NCBI GenBank assembly: GCA_001949185.1
Contig: BDGG01000024.1
Span: forward strand, 76,587-140,586
Source of the DNA: Ramazzottius varieornatus
Lineage: Eukaryota > Animalia > Tardigrada
Direction of reading: 5' to 3'
Length of the DNA: 64,000 nucleotides
A model generated the notes under the pieces. It was given only the letters and a program-made list of their open reading frames with translations, searched no databases and had not been told where the DNA came from. A program made the translations under genes and the position numbers. Positions 26,964-35,960 of the stretch are shown in pieces. The number at the start of each line of letters is the position of its first letter. Positions within the stretch are counted from its first letter, which is position 1.

Positions 26964-27501
26964 GAGCGGAATCACCGGACGAAAGAGTCAACATAACCTC
27001 CAATGCCGCCGCCTTGATGTCTAATTCAGTTGTAGCACCCAGAAAATTGCATTTTCCTGAGCGAAACATCACACATGTCGTTTCTGTCTCCAGTAGTCTG
27101 AACGAAGCTCCGGGAAACCTTTGTCGTTCGAACATCACTCGATCGAAATAATCTGGCAAGGTTTTCAGCTGGACTGGAAATCCCAGATCGAAGCTAGCCA
27201 CAATATTCACCACCTTGAAATTTTTCACTTCTGCGTTTTGGTGACCCTGCTTTTTGATTAAATTGCAAAACATATTTGCGAGTATTTTAGCCTGCTTCGT
27301 CGATCGCGCTCCGTTGACGGTTATCTTTCCATTGCGATATACTTGGCAGTGGCATTTAAACGGTTTTAGTTTCCGTATGAGGAGGCCGGAAAACTTTTCA
27401 GGGACATAGTGCGCCATTATATCACACGTGCTCAGGTGGTGTAGATTGATTGGGCATCCCAGTTCTGCTGTAGGAACCACGTTTTTGATAACGGCAGTCA
27501 T
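26920..27501 (-). CDS. TBP: TATA-box binding protein (TBP)-like protein
   Basis: Two TBP core repeats: IKNVVPTAELGCPINL...YVPEKFSGLLIR...YRNGKITVNGARS and FKVVNIVASFDLGFPVQL...FERQRFPGASFR...MFRSGKCNFLGA; frame is open. Confidence 0.9.
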   Translation of the reverse strand: MTAVIKNVVPTAELGCPINLHHLSTCDIMAHYVPEKFSGLLIRKLKPFKCHCQVYRNGKITVNGARSTKQAKILANMFCNLIKKQGHQNAEVKNFKVVNIVASFDLGFPVQLKTLPDYFDRVMFERQRFPGASFRLLETETTCVMFRSGKCNFLGATTELDIKAAALEVMLTLSSGDSAPTTRGTDDTADTHP

Positions 27502-27517
27502 GGCAAAGTTCAAGTCT

Positions 27518-28180
27518 GTGGAGTAAGATTTTCGATTTCGCTCTCCCTTCGGGGCTCTCTGCATGGGCCCCACAGGATCTGGAAAAACACAGCATGCTCT
27601 TCGACTGCTAAAAAATAAGGGTGGAATGTTCGATCGTCCTCCAACTCGAATAGTTTTCGCGTATGCCGAGTGGCAGAAGGCCTACGATGACATGCTGACT
27701 GTCGAGCCAAAAATCGAGTTTGTGAAAAATCTCGCAGACATTTTAGACAATGAGAACTTTTTTACGAAGACAAAAAATAATCTGCTAATCTTGGATGATT
27801 TGCCATCGGCTGGGGCTGAAAATCGGAAAGCCAGCGATCTGTTCACGCGGGGAATTCATCATCGCAACGTGAATTGTCTACACATCTGTCAAAATATTTT
27901 TCAGCAGGGAAAAAGTATGCGCAATCTGCATCTGAATTCGTCGTACATGACCTTGTTTAAAAACGCGCGTGATATCGGTCAGATAAAACTACTGGCTAAA
28001 CAAACAGGACAGCACTATTTAAGCCTAGCGTACAAGAAAGCTACCTCCCTCCCATTTGAACCCGTCGTGATCGACTTAAAATCCGACTGTCCAGAAGATT
28101 TAAGAGTCCGGAGTAATATCTTACCTGGTCAACGAGTACGAGATTATACCGGATCCGAGCACGATGTCGGAGAAAATTGA
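27518..28180 (+). CDS. A32/FtsK-like DNA packaging ATPase (5' end damaged: GTG plus stop at 27524)
   Basis: DFRFRSPF...GPTGSGKT (Walker A), LLILDDL (Walker B), LFTRGIHHRN, QNIF, LFKNARD. Confidence 0.93.
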
Positions 28181-28490
28181 TCGCCTTGCGCCCTGCCTGG
28201 TCACACTGAAGTCACTCAAACCGGCTCAACGACGACTGCTGTTAAAGTTTTGCGATAAAAACCATATTCGAGCATTTGAGGAAGTGCTCTTAAATATCGT
28301 GAAGAACACGGCAAAGCTGTCGGAAACAGACAAGAAAATTTTTCAGCGCTGGAAAAAACCGCTGAAGCTGTTGGTACTAAAAAAATACCCGGTGAAGTAT
28401 AAGAGGGATCTCCTCCTGCAAAAAGGCGGTTTCTTTGCGGCGCTGCTGCCTATTCTAGTGTCGGTTGTGGGATTCGTTCTCAGTCGATAA
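28164..28490 (+). CDS. Small basic Polinton virion protein with a C-terminal adenovirus pX-like hydrophobic peptide
   Basis: Lys-rich ORF ending LQKGG|FFAALLPILVSVVG, similar to adenain-cleaved GG-F/IL-P-L peptides; position after the ATPase is typical. Confidence 0.7.
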   Translation: MSEKIDRLAPCLVTLKSLKPAQRRLLLKFCDKNHIRAFEEVLLNIVKNTAKLSETDKKIFQRWKKPLKLLVLKKYPVKYKRDLLLQKGGFFAALLPILVSVVGFVLSR

Positions 28491-28497
28491 CACACCA

Positions 28498-28989
28498 TGC
28501 AGACTCTTTACATGGTCCCCGAGCGCGATATGTAGAGGTTCGAGGAACTGACGCAGACAGGTACGAAGGCCCTCAGGGGTCTAGCGCCACCATCCATCAA
28601 CGATGTGTTTACCACCCGAAGGCCCAACGAAGGCCGCCGAAGCGTTCACCGCCTTGACACTGGATAAACTTTCTACGGAAATTTTGGCTCGTTCAGACCT
28701 GTCTGAGTGGACTAAAGCGCAGATGTTATCTGACAACCTGCAAAAGTTTCTCTCCCACAAATCCCAAGCCTTTCCGGAAGAATCCGCCATGCCGCCACTG
28801 CCACCGCTACCTCCCTCTGCACCACCTATGCCACCAGTGTCTGATGAAAAAGGATCGGCAATAAAGCAGCCTGAAGAGTGGACTAGCAACGCCACATGGA
28901 TGCATTGCCAAATCAAAACTGGTCGAGGATTTAAACAGCACGGAACCGCTGGTAGTCTCGCCGCGTCGTGTTCGCGAAAGAAAACATAA
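28498..28989 (+). pseudogene. Conserved Polinton hypothetical protein (stop/frameshift)
   Basis: MQTLYMVP start; LDKLSTEILARSDLSEWTKAQMLSDNLQKFL resembles a helical motif I recall from Polinton ORFs; Pro-rich tail. Confidence 0.5.
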
Positions 28990-29154
28990 AAATCAGGGTG
29001 GTCTTAGTCAAATGAATATACCGACTTTACCGCGTTGGATAGTTTTATAGAATGACTGGTTGTGCTCCTTTTGCATTACACCTTGGCGAAAACTCTCATT
29101 GGTACTTTGTTTCATCTTGTTGTGACGGAGAGGACGAGGACCTGGTTATTAGTC

Positions 29155-29900
29155 ATGCCCACCGACTACGAGGACCCGAAGGAGGCGGGAAGCTTGGGCG
29201 GAGTCGAGAAATATCGACGAGCACAAGCGACCTCCCTGATTACTGCGGAAGCCCAGCGTCTGTTGAACTGAATTCCAGCGTACACAAAGCACAAACAACG
29301 TCGCAGGCGTTTTCGACGCAATCCTGTGGTCGTCCTCGACAGCCATCATCAGTTCCAAGCGGACATGATGGACATGACAATCGTTGCTCCGAAAATAAAC
29401 ACTGCATTTGGGTTCTCGTTATCGTTGACTGTTTCAGTAAGAAAGCTAGCTGCCATTTGGTAAGACGGAAAGAGGGGGCGCTGGTCCGTGATGCCTTGAT
29501 AAAAGTGTTTAACGAGATTGGCATCCCTGAAGAACTGCAGACGGACAAAGGCAGAGAGTTTTACTGTAAAGAAGTGGCTGCTCTATGTAAGAAACATGAT
29601 ATAGTTCACTTCTCCACGGAGAACGACGCGATCAAGGCGACTATGGCGGAAAGGATGATCAGAACGTTACGTCAGCGTATATGACGACTGTTCGAAGCGC
29701 GCATTCCTTCCGTCAAGTATTATGACGCGCTGCCGCATATCGTGGCGGACTATAATGCGACCATTCATTCAACTCACCAACTAGCTCTAAATGACGTTGA
29801 CGATGATAATTCATTGCTTGCGTTTAGCCGTTTGTATGGAAAGTTACTACGAGAGAAGTCCGTGAGAGCAGTATTTAGGGTGGGAGACAAAGCGCGCAGC
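29155..29900 (+). pseudogene. Retroviral-like (RVE) integrase, disabled and C-terminally truncated
   Basis: YEDPKEAGSLGG, AYTKHKQRRRRF, FQADMMDM, VDCFSK, LQTDKGREF, AERMIRTL, YNATIHST, FRVGDK; stops at 29269 and 29682, frameshift near 29390. Confidence 0.92.
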
Positions 29901-29909
29901 AACGCTACG

Positions 29910-31436
29910 AAAGATATTTACTTTGGCTTCTGACGCGTCCTGCGATATTTATCCGAAAAATAACGCAGCCTCTTGGAGTACTAGACTGCGCGCGCCCATT
30001 GCGCTGCAATCCGGAATGTGGGAAGTGGCTTTGGTAGAACTAATCTACCCGCATTCAATGTATAATATCCCGGAGGATCAGAAAATTGTTGTTCAGCAAC
30101 TTGTGCTGATCGGTCTTTGTGTCCATCGAGAAGACGCGGAAGAGGAAATCGCCAGTTTCAAACGAGTGACCCAAGGTCTCGCACCTACTCGGCGTAAGCC
30201 GAATCCCTTCTATGAAATACGTTATGACAAAGAGAAGAACGAACTCCTACCACGTGCAAAACAACGAACAGAGGGGTACTTTCATTTTCAAGAGCACGAA
30301 ATTATCATACCCGCCGGGATCTACGATTTGGCCGAGCTTTTCCATGTCAGAAAGTCGAGATCAGCTCTTGGTCATCCCGCTACCGGGGAATATCAGCCGA
30401 TAAGATCTTTGATCCTCGTCATGTACGACCCCGTACACGAACGTACAACGGGAATCAGGCCCCAGTCGTAACAGACTGTCAGCGCAGTCCACGTACTAAT
30501 CAACATCAGACTTGGGCGTTGTGCATCGCACACCGTCAAACTAACGTGCCTTTGACTACATTGTAAATAACTGACTGGAATGACGTTCCATTGATTTACA
30601 GCTGACTGTTGATTGGTACGTGGACTGCGCTGACAGTCTGTTACGACTGGGGCCTGATTCCCGTTGTACGTTCGTGTACGGGGTCGTACATGACGAGGAT
30701 CAAAGATCTTATCGGCTGATATTCCCCGGTAGCGGGATGACCAAGAGCTGATCTCGACTTTCTGTAACGGCCATTCGTTCCCCACGAGCTAGCAAAAAGT
30801 TATAGCCATTTCAGATTCTGGGAAAGACGAACGCTTGCGTGGCCAGGGTAGCAAAAGTGCTACGCATCAGCAAATGAAACAGAGCTTAGGCGTTTACAAG
30901 AAATGCTGGGTTTCTAGAACCAATCCATCGTCAGCGCTACCGACAGTCCGGCTTTCCAAACTTCCATGGAAGATCGACTGAAGAATTACTTAGATTCGTC
31001 CACTACCCACCAAACGCCGAGGTTCTGGCCACGAGAAGATGAACACCTGACAGAAGCGGACAAAAGCGTATGGTACCTCGCTAACCAGTATCCGAATGAG
31101 TTCAAACTGTCAGTGCTGGAACAACCTTTCCTTGTAATTTCCAAGCGATGCATTAACTTGTATTTCGGCGACCAGTCGCTGTTCATCTACTGTGACGTGG
31201 CGGCCTACACCCATGTAGGCGACTCTTATGAACAATTATTACGGACAGTCCCTATTAAAACAGACAGCGCATTCGAAACCGTTATGGTTAGGTTCGACGT
31301 TCCCCACTACTCTGCTGTCGTCAGAACTTTCATTGAATCGATCACCGTGGATATCTGCACCGATCTGGGGAAAGACGCGCCTTTCTAAAGCGGGAAGAGC
31401 CTGATTAAACTACACTTTCGACCTGCCAATCAATAA
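29910..31436 (+). pseudogene. Minor capsid protein (penton), interrupted by a MITE and stops
   Basis: N-term LASDASCDIYPKN...WEVALVELIYP; C-term LFIYCDV...VGDSYEQLLRTVP...FDVPHY...DLGKDAPF*SGKSLIKLHFR. Confidence 0.85.
30348..30764. mobile_element. MITE with ~160-bp near-perfect TIRs inserted in the penton gene
   Basis: cagaaagtcgagatcagctc...aatcaaca mirrored by tgttgatt...gagctgatctcgactttctg; TA on the right flank only. Confidence 0.85.
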
Positions 31437-31890
31437 TGGTGGGATTAACAGCTTTCGTACCGGATTCTTCGCTGTACGACGACATACTGAACAGTAATCA
31501 AGTGGGTAACGGAGCGTTGGGTCGCTACCGTGGTTCGGCGTATCAGAACGGGGCAGGTCTAGGCAGTTTCTTCCGTGGCATCTTCTCCCGCTTTTCACGT
31601 TCGCCGCGCCGCTAGTCCGAAGTGCCATGCCGCATGTAAAATCGGCCATGGAGTCGGCAAAGCCGCATTTAACTATGGCTGCACAGAGCGTCTTGAATGA
31701 AGCGAGTAAAGGTATAGCGCAGAAAATTTCGTCGGTATTGACACCAAAAACTGGTGCAGAAGTCGTGGAGCAAAGCGGCTCCGGGTTGGAACCTGCTGCT
31801 CTCGTGGCTCCACCGCTATCAGCTCGTCGCCAGCGCTACCAGCGCCGACCCACGCTTCAACATCCACGGCGTAAAGTACTGAAGACGTGA
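31436..31890 (+). pseudogene. Polinton QxGxG/amphipathic-helix virion protein (putative membrane-lytic, pVI-like role), frameshifted
   Basis: ATG overlaps the penton stop (TAATG); QVGNG...YRGSAYQNGAGLGSFFRGIF, later EQSGSG and an Arg-rich tail; frameshift near 31590. Confidence 0.7.
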
Positions 31891-31971
31891 GGTCGCGGCC
31901 GACACAAACGAACCGCCACTCGTCTGAAACGAATTCCTCCTTACGATTTTCCTGACACCTTCTAAAAAACA

Positions 31972-33393
31972 ATGGCAGCTGTCAATCTCTTCACCTTGGA
32001 AGAATCGGAGCCGGCAATGGCAGCCGATTCCAACCTGTTCTCCGTTCCGGCCTCCTTAACTGATCGATACCGTGTTGAAGAGGAACGCATAGCACCCACT
32101 GCCGTCATACCCGAGCATCTGCCCGCCTTTGGCGAGATGACGTTCTACATCCCGCCATATACGGATGCATCGCTGGCTCTGCCAGAGCTGGCGTTCGAAC
32201 TTGAATTATCAATTCAAAAACGAAAAGTCAACACTAACTTGTTGGAAGCCTTGTCAGAAGATGATAAAGTTGCACCGGTGAACTTGATTGCTCACAGCCT
32301 GTTCCGTTCTGTTCAGATATCTCTCTGTAATCGCCTGGTTTCCGACTGCGCTCAACACTACCTCTACCGGGCAATGATTGAAGCTCTGACAACGTACTCC
32401 GAAGGGGCTCTTCGTACTGCCCTGACTTCCGCTGGTTTTTACTACGACACTCCGGGTGCGATGGACGCTGCTGCAGAAAACAAGGAGGAGGTAGCCAGGC
32501 AGAAGCTGTTTACCGCCCACAAGTGGGTGCAGCTGTCGGGTAAAGTTTATTCGGATGTGACATCACAGGAGAAAAACTTGGTGACAGGTGTACCCGTCCA
32601 CATCCGCTTCCAGCTTAATTCGCCGGCATTCTATTTACGAAGTTGGGGCGACAACGACCTTCTGGCACCAGGCAAGGAGTATCGAGGGTTTATACAGAAC
32701 CCGCGCTTGCTGATTAAGCGGTACGTGGGAGCCCCCGACTTCATGAATTCTTTGGCGAAAAACCTGGTGACGACAACGGCAAAGTATCACTTGGAAAAGC
32801 AGCTCCTCCGTGTGATCGATATCCCAATTGGAACCACGGGGACGCAGTTACCAAATATTCACATGGGACAGGAGATGAAGCAATCGACTGCGTTGCAAAT
32901 AGAAGGTGACTAATTTTGGCTATTTCCGGTACCCAAAATGTTAATTTTCGCGCTGGTGGAATCGGACTCTTTCCATGAACATTTACACACGAATCCGTTC
33001 AACTTTGTTGACAAAAATCTCACCCAGATTTCTGTGCAAGTCGATTGTGTCTCCTTCCCGTCTAAACCGTATCAAGTGGACTTTGAAACGGGACGCTCCT
33101 TGGAACATTTTGACGGGCTCTTGGACGTCCTAGGAAAGAAGCACGCACCGGGAGGTTCCCTGCCTTTCGACAGGGACGGATACGCTAAATGCCACACTTT
33201 CTTTGCTTTCGACCTCAGCCCTAGCGGCTGTGGTCGCGACGCTCTGGGTCTGATCAAACAGGGAAACGTTACGATATCCCTACAGTTTGCCAAGCCGTTG
33301 GAAAAGACGCTGATGGGTGTCAGCCTTTTGTACTTTGATTTCCTGATGGAGATAAATACCTTCCGTCAGCTCCTCACTGACTTTGTGGCGTGA
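31972..33393 (+). CDS. Major capsid protein (double jelly-roll hexon/PY); 57-nt degenerate intron at 32872-32928
   Basis: LFSVPASLT, APVNLIAHSLF, YLYRAMIEAL, GFYYDT, NPFNF, FFAFDLSP, GNVTISLQFAKPL; removing 57 nt gives NIHMGQ-VPKMLIF. Confidence 0.92.
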
Positions 33394-33394
33394 A

Positions 33395-33907
33395 GTGAAC
33401 ACGTGGTAGATTGACAGTGCCATGAGGGCATGCCCGGTTACCGCTGCAGTGTTTCGGGGAGTCTTTGCTGCCGACCAGCTGCCCCACCCCAGTCAGGAAC
33501 TCCCGTCGGCCTACATTACCAACTGCTCTGATAGCACCAGTGGTGGCACTCACTGGGTGGCGTTCTATCAAGACAAGCCTGGCTACATTGAAACATTTGA
33601 CAGCTACGGGAGACCACTGAGGAGCTACAATCCTAACTTGCAAAGTCTGACGGAGGGACTGAAAATTATACAGCAGTGCCAAACAATCCAGCAGCCGGCT
33701 TCTACAACGTGTGGACAATACGCTATGATGTTTTTTTTTGAACGAGCAAGTCGACTTTCTTACGTAGATTTTATCCACTTGTTTACTGATAACACACGCG
33801 CTAACGACAAGATGGTTTGTCAAATTGTGAACAGCTGTTTCGATCTAAGAACACGGGTGTACAAAACGGCACTGGTCAGACAAATTGCAAGAGAATTTGT
33901 ACAATAA
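33395..33907 (+). CDS. Adenain-family cysteine protease (5' end damaged: GTG plus stop at 33407)
   Basis: FRGVFAADQLP, GTHWVA (His), FDSYG (Asp), IQQ...TCGQY (Gln/Cys). Confidence 0.93.
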
Positions 33908-33992
33908 GGATAGATGGAGCGAAGTACTGAATAAGAATGAACATGATAAAAAAAATACGCAGGAATAAATCGCGACATGAAGTTAAAAACAT

Positions 33993-34262
33993 ATCGGTAC
34001 TTTCCAGCCGTAGAGTCAGAGGTAACATTACCCAATGGATTTTCGAATCTAGGCAAGGGGAAGACGTCGTATTACTGCAGCAGAGGAGAAAGTGCTTCTT
34101 CTGAATCGACTTTTTCCTCCGGTGCTCTACAGTGACGTCAGCCCGTGTCCAGAGTAAAAGGTCGATTTGCCCAGTATACTTTCTACTCCGTTGCGGTGAT
34201 ATGACGTCACTCCGGCGCAAGGGTAGAAAGTCGACTTGTGAGAGTGACTTTTTACTCCAGCG
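33993..34262 (+). repeat. ~270-bp block; inverted near-identical copy at 42870-43139
   Basis: Direct comparison shows about 8 mismatches. Confidence 0.93.
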
Positions 34263-34348
34263 CTGTCCAGCGACGTCATAGGCTGCTACAACAATCCACA
34301 GTGCTCCAGCAGAGGAAAGTTGAAGCGTATCACTACGCCATGACGTCA
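34061..34348. promoter_or_regulatory. hr-like tandem array: ~69-bp units of imperfect palindrome plus CRE
   Basis: (t)gacgtca at 34133, 34202, 34271, 34341; GAGTARAAAG..CTTTYTACTCC palindromes in the 34082-34258 units; tataaa at 34373 downstream. Confidence 0.75.
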
Positions 34349-34604
34349 CACAAAGCTTCTGTATGAAAGGGTATAAATGTATGAAAAAATACTGAAGGAG
34401 GTCAATCTTCCGACCAATTTGCAGACACCTTAGTTTGGAAATTTCCACCTTGTTTTGCGTAAATCTTGTGTTTCGACATCGGTGGTTGCTATCTCTGACA
34501 GGCAGCTCGCGCCATCAATCACAGCTAATGACTGTGATGACCATTTTGGCGGAGTGGCTCCAGAGCAAGACAGGCGGTGATCGCATTGTTCTTATTTCAA
34601 AACC

Positions 34605-35897
34605 ATGGAAGACGACGAGATTTTCGACTATGAAAAGTACTTTGCCGACAAGTGGCCACAGTATGCAAACCAGCAACCTGCGGCCATGAATCCTCTGACT
34701 CCTTCGTCGGCTTTCGCCCCGGATAATCCCCCGTCGACCAGTGGTCAACAAGACACTGTTTCATCAACGTTCAAAATGGAGGGAGCTACTGCTGTTGCTA
34801 TTTCCTATCCGTGTCTGGAGACCTGGACTGACGGCTCGCCCACTTACGTTCCGTTTTCGCCAACCTACTCTCCGGACAATGCTGATGGTGGAATGGACAT
34901 GTCGGAGACCCCACCCGATCCGCATTTGGTCAAGGAGCTGTTGGTCCCTGGTTACGACACTCCGTATTCCCCGGGAAACGACAACGAAAAAGATGGTAAG
35001 GATATGGAGGAAGGAGCGGACGAAGGACACCCGGAAGCAGAAGCTAAAGCTGATCTTTCTTCAGATGCCTTAGCTATCGCGGTTGCCAATGCGCTGGCCG
35101 ATGGCGTTCTCGGTGATAACTAGGTCTACGCTGCTGTGGTTGGTCCTCCACTTAACCCGACGATCGCAGGGCCGATCAATGAAGCTCTTCCAGTGTATTC
35201 GGGTTATGTCCAAACGGACCATGACCAGACGGGATGCAGCCATTCAGGGAACCCTCAAGTGGGATACAACCAAGGTGGATACGATGAAGCAGCAGTCTTC
35301 ACTCCTGCCAATACGGCAACGGCTGCTGGGCAGGGATTTGCGGCTTACGGCCAAACGGTCCAGTTTCCAGTATTCCATCAGCCTCCAGCATACAGCGGGA
35401 TGAACTACATGCAGCCAGTCTATACTTGGTCGGGACCATCGACGGCAAGTCCACCTCAAAGCACGGTATCAGATGCGGAAGTACGTAGTGTACTTGATCT
35501 GGTCCGGTAGTTTCCAACGACAGACACAGCACCATGGTCCATAGTAGGCGGATATCACCAGAATATGGCCTGACGGTCATTCAAGGACAAGTGACAGTAC
35601 CACCGCCACCACCACCGCCACCACTGATGTCAGTCGAGGCTGCAGCACCGATGGCACCGGCGGTTTCGGCTGACACTGGAGAACAAGTGGAGGAACCAAC
35701 GTAAGCTGAGCCTATTGTGCTGGATGAAAACTTGGCCCGACGAGGACTGCCACTGGCACCGCCACGTAAGCTCAAACTTTGTACGGTTAACATGCTAGGA
35801 TAACATACTGACCAACTTGTCTCTTTTGCAGCAACACAGTACGTCATCACGCAGGTGGACAACGGAGCACCGACGGCACCCTACAGCCTCCAAATGG
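34605..35897 (+). pseudogene. Acidic/Pro-rich low-complexity protein upstream of pPolB (separate gene or pPolB N-terminus)
   Basis: ORFs 34605-35123 and 35136-35510 are in the same frame, separated by one TAG; Pro-rich continuation after a frameshift. Confidence 0.45.
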
Positions 35898-35960
35898 GTA
35901 AGTTCCCTGGCGACTTATAGCATCTACTACAGGTAATTTTACACGGTCTCTGTTTTACAG

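Noticed and set aside
34061-34348. CRISPR-like repeat/spacer periodicity
   Set aside because: Eukaryotic context, degenerate repeats, spacers share a CRE motif, no cas genes
33876-34448. 190-aa ORF and its near-identical partner at 42807-43247
   Set aside because: Incidental frames across the duplicated hr-like repeat block; no coding signature
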